A stretch of 32,461 bases of DNA, taken from NCBI RefSeq assembly GCF_001194135.2, contig NC_068993.1, positions 39,345,576 through 39,378,036 on the forward strand, written 5' to 3'. The position numbers and the translations under genes are program-made. This document shows, in pieces, positions 20,201 to 32,419 of this stretch. Below the pieces are notes generated by a model, which was given only the letters and a program-made list of their open reading frames with translations, had not been told where the DNA came from and did not search any database. The stretch comes from Octopus bimaculoides. Lineage: Eukaryota. The first letter of the stretch is position 1. Every line of letters begins with the position of its first letter.

Positions 20201-21289
20201 CCCCTGCAATGGACCGGCGACCCATTCAGAGGAAATCTTGTGTGTTCGCACACTTCTGTGCCATGGGCTCGAAAAAAATATGCCCACCCCCCACCACAAA
20301 AAAAGCGTCAACACCTGCAAGAAAAACATGGACGGGGATAGATTCCAGGGTGATTATGTTTTGTGGGGGGAAAGATTTGGTCGTATTACAGAGTGAGAAG
20401 GCTAGGGTGTTGTACAAAACAATGGTGACAAGTGGAGGGGGGTGAAACAAACGGTTTGCGAGTGGCTGAGTAGAGGGAGGTACAAAAGCATCCACCTCCG
20501 AGGAAGTGAGCACTTAGATGTTATTAGAATGTATTTATACATTTGCTACAAGTCGAAGTTACATTATGTTACCACACCTCTATGAACCCACCCGCACGCA
20601 TCCTCTAATGGCACTACGCATACACACACTTACACATACATACATACATACATACGCGTACACACGCATGCAAATACATGTACTCACTCACACACGCACA
20701 CGATTACCTAATTCTATATAATTCTATTATAATATTTACCATGTACATAATGTAGTTGATTCAGTAAATACACTAGGCTTATATACCCCGAATTAACGCT
20801 AATTCAAAACCACTTAATTCGACCCCACGTTTTACATACTCTGATTTAATTCAAATAAATGGTACCACTATAACTTACCGATACTTCCTGTCCCAGAGTA
20901 TTTTTTAAGATACTCAATCTTAAAGCAAAATTAAGTTATAATTACAGCTTATTAAGGCAGCTAATTTGTCAATTGGTTTTTCGTGCAAAATACAACTAAT
21001 AGCATAAACGGAGATGCTAGATAGAATAAACGCGCGATCCACTGCTTGGTTTTCGATCTATTTCACATAAAAGTCGATTTTCCCCGCGAATCTTGGCCTA
21101 GCATTAGGAAACTAAAAGAATGTCTGGATATTGTAGTCTTAGATACACCATATCTAATAAATAAATGACTGCAGGGTAATGACAAAAAAACGTGCTTTGT
21201 TATACATTCTTTTATTCTTTTAATTTTTATGATGGTTTCAGTCGTAGGACTGCGGTCATACTAGACCACCACTCAAATTTATTTTCTTT

Positions 21290-21660
21290 CAGCTTTGTTG
21301 TCGCTTTATGGCTGGAAGTTGGTCCATGATTGAGTCTGTAGGAGCTGATCTTCTGTGAGTGTATCCTTGAATGGCTGCTTGGTTTGGTATCGTCGCTGGG
21401 AGTTTATCCATTTTTTTTGTTTGTTTTTTGTTTTGTTTTAATATATCAGTAGAGGACCGTTTTACATTTCTGACTTCTTTAAGTAGGCAGTCGAACAATT
21501 GAGGTCATCTAAATATCAGATTGGTACAATTGAAGTGTTTGTGCTCATGATTTTGAAGGTGGTATATTTTGAAAGCTGACATTAAAATTTTCTCTAATGC
21601 CAAAATTTGGTAATGCCCTTAAAGGATTTTCCATACTTATGTGATAGTAATGCTAAATAA
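21290..21660 (-). mobile_element. LINE (CR1/L2-like) reverse-transcriptase C-terminal remnant
   Basis: Frameshifted VWKIL..LPNFGI, PQLFDCLLKEVRNV and MDKLPATIPNQAAIQGY...DSIMDQ resemble the LINE ORF2 tail pattern GP.LFN.LP...RN....FK..LD.FL..IPD.P...GY. Confidence 0.6.
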
Positions 21661-22529
21661 CAACGAAGGGACGCTAATTAACTTTTGATTCTAGAAAAGT
21701 AGTGTGGATAAAATATTAGACTACCTGTTTATTTGTCTTGAGTAGATGAGTAGAACTATATCGAACGCTGTGTTACCGGGAAAGACGCTTCAGTCGTCTG
21801 CTTAAAAATTCACCTAGATTCTGAGAAAACAAGTATACTAATTTCCTTTGCAATGGAACAGTATACCATCTATGAAGTCAAATTCAAGCATTAGCCTATT
21901 GACCTGCTGATGGTTCCTAGAGAGATTTCCACTTATTAAGTTTTTGATTATTTCAGTATGTTTTCAATTAATGTTGGCCGTATATTTATGGTATTGTATA
22001 AAGGAAATTTAATACCTTTACAAATATATATACATACATATATATATATAAATAAAAGATAGAAATGATTAAATTGATTAACAAAGGATAGATTTTAAAA
22101 AATATCTACGAAGCAGAAAAAGAAATTAGTTTTGGTTGTTTAATTGCCAGTTGGGTTATTCAAAATCTGTTCAGAAAACATGCAAACTAGTGTTCTAATA
22201 TGTTACATATGAATAAAACGTCACTGTAATGGTTATAGCTATAGATTCCACACGATTTCATATCTTAAATTAAAGGAGTTTGAGAATATTGTGATACTGA
22301 CGTATTACAGATTCTAACAATCCACCAACATATCCTTGTAAGTATTATTGTTGATATTAGTTGCAAAATGGAAGAACAAATATATCTTAGTTTTCAGAGA
22401 TATTACTAGTCGTATATTGTAATATGAAATACTACACTATACTTCAACTAAAAACATTCCTGAGTAACAATTTCTAAACGACATTCAAACTAAGTTACAT
22501 ATCTTGACATTCATAGCTTGAATTAAAGC

Positions 22530-22712
22530 AGCGCGCTGGCGGAATAGCTAGAACGCCGGGCAAAATGCTTAGTGACATTTCGTCCAACTTTACGTTCTCA
22601 GTTCAAATTCTGCCAAGGTCAACTTTGCCTTTCTGGTTGAACATTGGGGTCGATGTAATCGACTTACCTCATCTCCCGAAATAGCTGGCTTTGTGCTAAA
22701 ATTTGAAACTAT
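22530..22712 (+). mobile_element. SINE family B copy
   Basis: GCGCTGGCGGAATAGCTAGAACGCCGGGCAAAATGC..GTTCAAATTCTGCCAAGG..GGGGTCGATGTAATCGAC. Confidence 0.85.
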
Positions 22713-23360
22713 TATTGATAGCTTGAATCTTACTGGGCATTAACTTCAGGAATCGATAAAATAGGTCCTGGCTATATACAAAGTCAGTTAATTTAATCAT
22801 ATGTGTACTTACCGCAAAATTGTGAATCTTGATAATAAATGATCAATATTATTTTATATAATTCTGCTAATGTTGATTATGGAACAAAATCAGCGGACTA
22901 ATTTATTACACATGGACAGATTAACAACACGTACCTTGTTTTCGTTGTTTTAAGCGCCTGTTTAGTTACGACCCAACACCCTTTGAACCTTCCTTTTGAC
23001 CGAAGGGAACATCGGTAATGTGACTGGTGGAGGGAGGAAAAGCTACATCAATATTCGGCTGATATGCATTTTTACTTTAGTAGACTGGAGTTACATAAAA
23101 TTAAGTTCTTTGCAACATTTATAGTATTTACATCATTCGTAAGACATTTGAATTGAAATAAATATTTAAAATCAAATGTGGCACATACATACATACATAT
23201 GTATATATGTATCAGTAATGTTTATCACCACTTCAATATGCCTGCTCCGTAGGAAACGAGGTCACCACTGTTTTAGTGGTTAAAAATGGTAGTAATGTCG
23301 TTTGTTTCTATTTCGTGTAACTTCCCTTATTCAATTTTTTTTAGTTCGTTATGATATGCG

Positions 23361-23424
23361 GTTTGTGCCTGATGAATATGCTTGTGATATGTCTCAACAT
23401 ATGAAACTATTAGTAGCACTTAAA
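23361..23424 (+). ncRNA. Type I hammerhead ribozyme, intact core (GUA site, cleavage predicted after 23415)
   Basis: TTT-GTGC-CTGATGA-ATATG(C)TTG-TGATATGTCT-CAA-CATAT-GAAA-CT-ATT-AG-TA^GCAC-TT-AAA. All conserved core bases and all three helices are present. Confidence 0.85.
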
Positions 23425-23513
23425 GACATGCATTGTATCCTCTAAATAAATTATAATTATCTCTCGCCATATGGAGTACTTTTTGCTGATCTTTCTATCA
23501 TGGAACAGTGCAT

Positions 23514-23555
<42 letters not shown>

Positions 23556-25519
23556 ATGAATATGTGCATGTATGTATGTGTGATAAGTGAATGTGTGTAT
23601 GTGGTAGGTAGGGTATATGCGTATTACTTATGTATTGTTTTAGAATTTTAGAATCCGCATGACAGTGTTCACTGAAATTGTTCGTCCAAATCCAGCTGTA
23701 TACATTTTTCTCTGATTTAAAAATAGGAATGTAGTGCAAAGTTATATTAGTAGTCGTATTGTAATAGAGTAATATTAAAGAGAGATTAAGCCTTCGATTT
23801 CATTCCATTCCTAAGAATACTAACAGTATTTGCGGTATACTTTATTTATTCGACACATTTTCGATAGTTTTAATAAAATAGTCCCATTAGAAAATCACGA
23901 GAAGTGACAAGTAATTTTCGCATACAAATGTATATCTAACTCAATTTTAAGTATATTCAGGTTTTGACGTCAAAATCAAAATATTAGAATACAAAATCTA
24001 CTAGATGGCAAGTGTCTAAGAAAGAATATAGTTTTCAAATTATCCACATTTAAAATCCAACTACATATATAGACTTTGCGCTATCTCAAAAATCAAACGA
24101 TGCAGAAAAACAGCTTCAAAATATTTATGTATTTCATAGTTCTTTAAAAGTTTTCAAAGATGGTTGGAATTTAGAATTTCATTGGGTACAGCTAGTATTT
24201 TATTACATTTAAAATAACATTAGTTTATCTTTGTACTTTTGCAAACTGATGTCAAACACCACCAAAATTACTTTTACATCTCGTTTTCTTTTTTCCTGTT
24301 TCATCCCCTGAATTTACACTTCTGTGTTATAAATCCGCATTTTTACTGTTAATTATAAATTATCATGTGAAGAAAGAAAGAGGGAAGGACAAAATAGAAA
24401 ACACTGAAAGACAGAAATAGCTAAATATAAAGAAAATGAGAAATATTATCCAAATTGTCATAGCTTTGTTGTTTTGCTTACCACCCTACTCCTGGTCCAC
24501 GGGGGACGAATGTTTTTCGTCATTTCCCCCCGGAATAGACTCTAAATTAATATCATAAAGACATCTTCAAACATGGCTCACGTTTATTTTTTTCAATGAT
24601 AACAATTAAAACTAAGAATGGATTTCTTCCATTTATTATCTTCATCATCATCGTCACCATCATCAACACTGTTGTTATTAATATTATTATTATTATTATT
24701 ATCATTATTATTATTTCATTTAATATTTATTCATTCTCAATTCTAAACCCTGCAAACCTACCAAAATCACCCCCGCCACATCTACCCACCGACCTCACCA
24801 CTGGCTATTGTTATCCTTCCGCTATAATTGCAACAGCAGAAGCCACGTTTAAAAGACAGCTATTCTTATATTCTTCTAAGTTTCTCTGCAAAATATTTAC
24901 AGAATTTTTTTTAAATAATTTTTATTTTAGTCAGATATTATTCTCCGTATTTTTTTATATATTTTCTGGGTTTTTTTTAAAAATATAATATTTAACAATG
25001 AATTTTTTTTTATGAATTAAAAAAACATAAATTTATAATAAAAATTAGATTGATTTTTCGAAGTGGTTTATAACAAGTTTTTCTCCGATATTTTATATAC
25101 ATTTATGTATTCATTTTTGTTTGTTTATTGGTTGCTTGCTTGCTTTAAAGATTTTTGTTATGCTTTTTTTGTAACGTAATATTTTAATATATTTGTATGT
25201 TTACTTCTCTAAATAGAAACAAACGATCCAAGTAAAAGAAACACGACACTAAATTAAACATTAAAAAGAAAATATATAAAACACACACACACACATACAA
25301 CAATGAAACTTTTATAATACACGCTTATACATACATAATACATACATACATGCTCACACACATTTATCAACACCAAACGCAGTAAATTTGAACAATAAAC
25401 TCACCAACAATAACAAGCAGCAAGAAAAACAAACGTGTTTTTTCATATCACAGGTTGATGACAATAAGACTATATAATAGCAAAAACCACAAATTGCAAT
25501 AGCACAAATAATAGCAATA

Positions 25520-25525
25520 CCGTTA

Positions 25526-25556
<31 letters not shown>

Positions 25557-25570
25557 CATTATTATCATCA

Positions 25571-25601
<31 letters not shown>

Positions 25602-26110
25602 CCACAACTGTGACAGCAACTACTGCCTCGACAATGGCAAGAAAAACAACACAATTTCGTGTTTTTTTAATATCACAAACGATGATAATAGATTGATAAT
25701 AATAATGATAATAGTAATAATAATAATAATAATAATGATAATAGTAATAATAATGATAATAGTAATAATAATAGTAATAACAACGATAATAATGGAAACA
25801 GCAAACAATACAGCAGCGATAACAATGGAAAGAAACTTCAGAAATTATCACAGCACACATGATGACAACAATAGAACAACGAAAATATCACCAGCCATAA
25901 CATCAATAGCAACAACACCAGCAACAACAACAACGGCAATAATAATAACCAACAAGGAATCCAAGTCAAAAATATAGAATGAGAACATGAACAAATATGA
26001 CAGCCATCACAACAACTGGAATGGCAATAACAATACCACTGAAAACAAAAAAAAATTATTCACAATAGCAAGAAGGAGAATAGCAGCAGCAGCAGTAACA
26101 ACAAATGTTA
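25520..26110. repeat. (ATT)n, (AAT)n and degenerate (CAA/CAG)n trinucleotide tracts
   Basis: Direct reading; source of the poly-Y/N/I ORFs. Confidence 0.9.
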
Positions 26111-26469
26111 AAAGTAAATCTAAGGAATACTATAGGGGTTTGCAAGAAGGGAAAAGAAGCGAGAAAAATTGAATAGAAAAACGGAGAATGAACGAAAGAC
26201 TGTAAATTTATAAATGCTAGAATATTTCAATGAAAAACAAATGTTTCCAGTCGAAGACAATATTATGTAACTCAGAGTTTCTTTAAAGCTGTAGTCTTTA
26301 GTTTAGGATAGAATTCACACAGTGACACATCAATGTTGTTTTGGCGTGACAATACGTGCAGTATTTGTGTGACTTCTTAAAAGTACATATGCGTGACTCT
26401 ACGTATGAGAGAACGAACTGACAAAGTCGTCAAAGAATCAGAATGTCTTACAGTATTGTTCCAAACCTT

Positions 26470-27508
26470 TTCGCATTTAGTTCAAATCTCCCTGGAGGCA
26501 ATTTTGCTTTTTGTTGTCGATAAAAAGCAGATGGCAGAACCTTGACAATTTCGGACAAGATGCATTACTGTGTCTGTTTGGAATTTTTCCGTTCTGTGTT
26601 CAAATTCTACCCTGGCCTACTTGGGTTAGACTTAATTCCTCACTTCGTTTAATACTAGTTTCAAATTCTGGCACAAGGTCAGCAATTTTGGGGGATGGGG
26701 TAAATCGATTATACCTATCTCAGTACTCAATTGGTACATGTTTTATCAACCTAGAAAGGATGAACGGAAAAGTTGACCTCGGCGGAATTTCAACTTAGAA
26801 TTCAAAGATGGACGAAATGCCGCTTTAACTCGTCGCCTTAAGGTATTATCTTTAATATTGGTTTCAGATTTTGACACAAAGCCTAATACTTTATGGGAGG
26901 GGTAAGTCGATTACATCGACCCCAGTGTTTTACTGGTAGTTAATTTATTGACTCCGAAAGGATGAAAAGCAAAGCTGAATTCAGAACATAAGGACGGACA
27001 AGATGCCACTAACGATTCTGCTAACCTTACATTGGTTTTAATAATCCTTTCTATTATAAGCACAAGGCCTGAAATTTGAGGGGAGGGGACTAGTCGATTC
27101 CATCGATCCAACTGTTCCACTAGTACTTAGTTTATCGAGGCTGAAAAGATAAAAGCTAAAGTCGACCTCAGCGGAATTTGAACTTAGAGCATGAAGACAG
27201 ACGAAATACCGCTAATTATTTTGCCCGGCGTGCTAACGTTTCTGCCAGCTCGCTGCCTTAAATTTAGTTTAATAATCTTTTCTACTCTATGCACGAGGCT
27301 TGAAAATTTAAAAAAAAATTTTTTAAATTTTTGGCGTGGTCAGTCGATTAGATCGACCCAGTACTCAACTGGCACTTAATTTATCGACCCCGAAAGGATG
27401 AAAGGCAAAGTCGACCTCGGCGGAATTTGAACTCAGAACGTAACGGCAGACGAATTACCGCTTAGCATTTCGCCCGGAATGCTAACTATTCTGCCAGCTC
27501 GCCGCCTT
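26470..27508. mobile_element. SINE family B cluster: + strand fragments (26470-26625), then four head-to-tail minus copies (about 26650-26840, 26860-27030, 27042-27260, 27278-27508)
   Basis: Repeated GCACAAGG..ATCGACCCCAG..GAAAGGATGAAAGGCAAAGTCGACCTCGGCGGAATTTGAACTCAGAAC..GCCAGCTCGCCGCCTT modules. Confidence 0.9.
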
Positions 27509-27869
27509 CATATATAAGTGTAATAATGAAGTCAGACTAAACAGTAATACTTTGAAATCATTTAATAGGTACCTTAATGTGATTATATACACGTGAATAT
27601 ATATATGTATGTTTGTGTAAATATATGGGCTGTATCCACAGTTATACGTACATGTGCTTATTTGTGCATATATGTGATTATGAGTACATATGTGTGACTA
27701 TATATATGCACATACAACTGTGTACGTGCTAGCGTATGTATGTACACACACACACACACGTGAATACTTGCAAGTGTATGTGGGTAAATTATATTGTAGT
27801 CTCTCGGAGTCGAGAAAGATGGTTCTGCAAGAAATTGCAGAACAACCTACAGAAATAATTTGTTTATAA

Positions 27870-28155
27870 CAATGGTTCCCAAAGTGGGCTGTACCGCCCC
27901 ACTAGAGGTGGTGGAAAGATCCAAGAAAAATTGAAGAAAAATGGGGCGATAATGGGGTGACCAAAACAGGACAATAGACATAAAAAAAACCAAACAAAAT
28001 AAAGGGTTAATTGAGTTATGTTTTATTTGAGAAATACTGTTGTTTTGAATTTGCTGGAGAAGTGGTCTGTCTGTGATGGTGAGTGCCGGTGGGGCACTAG
28101 GAATGTGACCTTAGAACCAAAAGGGTGGCAGCGTGAAAAAGTTTGGGGACCACTG
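27870..28155. mobile_element. hAT (Charlie-like) MITE, 286 bp
   Basis: TIRs CAATGGTTCCCAAA / TTTGGGGACCACTG; 8-bp TSD GTTTATAA (27862-27869) / GTTTATAG (28156-28163). Confidence 0.85.
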
Positions 28156-28194
28156 GTTTATAGTGATGAAATGTATATGTTGTAAATTAGCTCA

Positions 28195-28350
28195 CTCGCT
28201 CCATCAAATCGACGTTGCTTGAACAAGGTGATATACCATACGTCAGGTGTTTTGTTCAAGAACACAACGGTGCTACTTGGCCCAGGAAATGAAACCGCGA
28301 TCTCGTGACCGTGAGTTCAACATTCTAATCCATTGGCCATGCGCCCTTGA
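28195..28350 (-). mobile_element. tRNA-derived SINE head fragment
   Basis: Minus strand GGGCGCATGGCCAATGGATTAGAATGTTGAACTCACGGTC..GTTGTGTTCTTGAACAAAACAC, related to 7085-7258. Confidence 0.6.
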
Positions 28351-28669
28351 CATATATATATGTGTGTGTGTTTGTGTATACATTTGTGTACTCAGTTATA
28401 AGTACATGTGCGTGATTATATTTGTGCATAAATGCATTTATGTGTATATGTGTGTGAATGTATGTGCATTGTGATCACTTACTTGCAAGTGTGTATATAA
28501 ATGTACATTTGTGTAAGTATAAGGGCATGCATACTCACTTATACATACATGTGTATGATTATATGTGAGCATAATGTTACTATTTGTTCCTGTGTTTAGT
28601 TATATCTACTTTTGTATATTTCCATGTTCATGTGTGAAATTGCACATTCATAGGAAGGCAAACTAATAG

Positions 28670-29400
28670 AGTTGTGATGTATGCGCCTAGTGTACACTTA
28701 TCAGATGGGTAGTCACGATGAGTGTATTGGGCTTCGTATATTTCTACGCCTGTCATTTTGATGGTATGTTCTGTTCTCTCATTCAATAATGATGATGATG
28801 ATAATAATAATAAATGCCCGGATGCAGTATCAGGCAGTGGCTCGCATGGCTTCTCATCTTAACTGACTGGAAGTGTTATCATGTGCATTGTTTTGTCTTG
28901 GTATAAAAAGATGGGCTACAGCAAATATTCTGCTCAATACCACAAATTTGCGTGTCAGTTGTTTGACCTTAACCAGTTGAGCATGTCCCTTGGTGGTTGA
29001 CAATATATGCATCTCTGATCGCGAGCAGCAGTAATGTGGAAAACATCATAGCCATGTATTGAGAGGAATTTTTTTAGGTTTGGATGATTCACCTTTGGAA
29101 ACATGGGTATTTCGTTCAACATCCTTAAACAACCCTTATTCATGGACCTTTTGAGAGGGATGGGCTACTCGACATGAAAAAAATTCTAACCCGACCTGCA
29201 AGGTTAAGTGCTGTTTATCTTGATATGAAATCACAATGTCGCGCACATATAGTTGTGATGCATGTGCCTGGTGTACCCTTATCAGATGGGTAGTCATGAT
29301 GGGTATATTGGGCTTCAAATATTTGTACCTCAGTGTCATTCTGGTGACATGCACTGCCCTCTCACTCAATAATAATAATAATAATAATGATAATAATAAT
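28670..29400 (+). mobile_element. Non-coding (AAT)n-tailed interspersed repeat: short 3' copy (28670-28812) followed by a ~580-bp copy (28813-29400)
   Basis: 28670-28788 and 29251-29368 are diverged direct copies (GTGTAC.CTTATCAGATGGGTAGTCA.GATG..TGGGCTTC), each followed by an AAT/GAT tail. Confidence 0.65.
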
Positions 29401-29855
29401 AGAATTTAGGTTAAAAAAGTATTCTACGAAGATAGTGATGTCATCTTTAGCATCTGTAAAATGCAGCAGCAGCAACGGTAATAACAACAACGTCAGCAGC
29501 AATATTAACAACAACAACAACTGCAACAGCAGCAAAGACTACATCAATATTAACGACGCAACAACAACTATGATAGCTACAACTGCTGTACTAACAACAG
29601 TAGCAATATGATATTGGTTGAAAGGTCTATCGGTTTGAGAATTATTATTGGAAAATAAATAAGTAAATATCTATTTTTCTTTCACAAATAAAGCAAAGAA
29701 AAAGAAAAGAAAAGAAAAGAAAAGAGGAGAATTGAATTTAAAGAATATATCTAATGTTTTAAAAATATTTCAGTGAATGTGAAAGAAAGAAGAAAAAAAA
29801 AGAAAAGAAACAGTCTTTCTCGCAAATCTTTCCTTAAAATTTCTTCAGAAATATG

Positions 29856-30254
29856 NNNNNNNNNNNNNNNNNNNNNNNNNNNNNNNNNNNNNNNNNNNNN
29901 NNNNNNNNNNNNNNNNNNNNNNNNNNNNNNNNNNNNNNNNNNNNNNNNNNNNNNNNNNNNNNNNNNNNNNNNNNNNNNNNNNNNNNNNNNNNNNNNNNNN
30001 NNNNNNNNNNNNNNNNNNNNNNNNNNNNNNNNNNNNNNNNNNNNNNNNNNNNNNNNNNNNNNNNNNNNNNNNNNNNNNNNNNNNNNNNNNNNNNNNNNNN
30101 NNNNNNNNNNNNNNNNNNNNNNNNNNNNNNNNNNNNNNNNNNNNNNNNNNNNNNNNNNNNNNNNNNNNNNNNNNNNNNNNNNNNNNNNNNNNNNNNNNNN
30201 NNNNNNNNNNNNNNNNNNNNNNNNNNNNNNNNNNNNNNNNNNNNNNNNNNNNNN
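29856..30254. other. Assembly gap (others at 2074-2275, 5191-5200, 6277-6354, 6878-6903, 9121-9130, 30562-30571)
   Basis: N runs. Confidence 1.
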
Positions 30255-30608
30255 CTAACCATGCAAATATACGTAGGCATGTGTGGACGTGCGTGTGAGT
30301 TTATGCGTGTGTAAGTGCGTGCGTCCGTGTGTGTGTGTGTTTGTGAGCGTGTATACGTGTGTGTTTCTTAACCTGAAACAATTTATTTAATAAAAAATAT
30401 TTTAAACGCATGTATTGCCTGAATAAAATTGATACATAACTTAGGAAACAGAACACGACTTCACTCTCTCTCTCTCTCACACACAGACACAGACACAGAG
30501 AGAGAGAGAGACACACACACACACACACACACATTTCTACCCCTCTCTCTTTTCCCTGCCTNNNNNNNNNNCACACACACACATTTCTACCCCTCTCTCT
30601 TTTCCCTG

Positions 30609-30639
<31 letters not shown>

Positions 30640-31612
30640 ACACCTTCTCTCACCTATCCCCCTTCCCAACATTGCAGTCCCCGTATGACATAGGAGGAGG
30701 AATAAAATAATGATATCCAGTTTTGTTAAGAAGGTAAATTAAAGACGATACCTTAATAGTTATGAAAGAAAGAAAAACAGCAACAAAAAACAAAATCCAA
30801 AATGCAAAAACATACAAAAATCAAATGATACGAAGCGAAATCAGTAATTTTAGACGAAAAATCACATTTAATCCCACAGGACACCACGTGCACATAAATA
30901 TGCATATGATTGTAGAAGTTTCTTCAAAAAGAATTCTAATGCGTATTTGTAAATATGTTTGTACAAGTAAATATATGAATGCGTGAGTATAATATAACTA
31001 AATTTCTCCCTCTATCTGTGTCTTGTTTGAACGTCTAAATACTATTATATATACAGAGTGTAGAAACATCTATATCTTTTAAAACTAGTTCGTATTTGAG
31101 TAAGATGTTGTTTGCATGAAGTGTTCAATTATATCTCTTGTGTGAGCATAATTAAAAGAGTGCTGAAGGCCATACAGAGTGATATTTTACGCACAAGCAG
31201 GCACATACACAATCGTGCACACACGCATATATGTATGCACACACACACACACGTATGTATGTATTAGCGTACGTGTGAGTGAGTGACTGTATATGCATAT
31301 GTATGCAAATGATCTAATTTATTAACCGAAGAGGAAACAAGTACTCAATGCAATTCATGTATTGGACAGTGTTATTCATTTTAATTTTGTATGTATTTGT
31401 GTGTGTGTGTGCGCGCGTGCGCGTGTCTGTGTGTGGTGAGCGCGTTTTATGGCAATGCGATAGTGAAGCTTGTAATGTAGTTGCTTCGAACTAAAGCTAC
31501 GAGACTTTTAGTTTTAGCTTGACTAGCTTTTGTACAAATCAATACTTACTTTGTTTCATGATTTCTGCATCGGAATGAAGATTTTAGATTTGTTCAGAGT
31601 GGCCGCTGGTAT

Positions 31613-31659
31613 TTGTCACTGAGGAGACTAAATCAAGCTGAGACACCGGTGTCTGACGA
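31613..31659 (+). ncRNA. Degenerate type I hammerhead ribozyme motif (GUC site; GAAA mutated to GAGA)
   Basis: TTGTCA-CTGAGGA-GACT-AAATCA-AGCT-GAGA-CACCGGTG-TC^TGACGA. Stem I 6 bp, stem III palindrome ACACCGGTGT, one mismatch in stem II and one core substitution. Confidence 0.6.
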
Positions 31660-32419
31660 TCCGCCGATGGTATTCTAAGTAAATTAAGTTTCTATAGAAT
31701 ACAGGTGTCTTAGAAGTTTCTCTGCGGCAAAATATTACAGCTAGCACCATTCAACTTTTGTATACACAGTAATAATTCTTTAATAATTTCCAAGCATGTT
31801 TAATACATTAGTACATATTAGACAATTTTGTATTAAACAATGTTGTCGAATACAGTTAGACAACATTTTATTTCTTACCACATCTAACCTTCTATACTTT
31901 GGTGATGTTTTTCAGTAACAGTTGTAGCCATCATTCACATCTACAACATTTATGTTGTAAATATTCCATTCTAGTATTTCGTAGAGAAAAACGTGAAGAA
32001 TCAACCAGCAGCAGGCTAGCAGGGAGTACCGCGTACAGTGTATGTTGTTGTACAAACATGTATATTGGCGCCTGTTTACCTCCCGTTGCCCTTAAAGTAT
32101 TTGGCGGAACCACGTCTCGGTATGCTATGTTATTTCTGAATTACTCCCTGATGCTTATAATCCACTTAATTTCAAGATCTCAAGTTCCAAGTATTGTAAT
32201 TATTCCTGAAGTATACTTAGAAATATTTGTAATTTTATAATTGTTTTTCACTCATTTCACGACATTTGAAACTGGGTTTTAAGTATACCGTTTACAAATG
32301 TTCTTCTCGAAAATCACAATTGAATCCTGAGCTTGTGTTTGGTACCTAAACTTTTGCAGTTCTTTGTATTCAATTAAAAACTTGAGGAATTAATGGAAAA
32401 TTCTTAACATTAAGCTGAT

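Noticed and set aside
23240-23270. CCTGCTCCGTAGGAAACGAGGTC resembling a collapsed hammerhead
   Set aside because: CUGANGA incomplete and no stem I pairing.
28813-28880. Possible HDV-like ribozyme at the 5' end of the AAT-tailed element
   Set aside because: A P3/L3-like GGC-TCGCATG-GCT is present, but I could not build convincing P1 and P2 helices.
31899-32240. 113-aa ORF
   Set aside because: No recognisable motif or splice context; length is within chance expectation.
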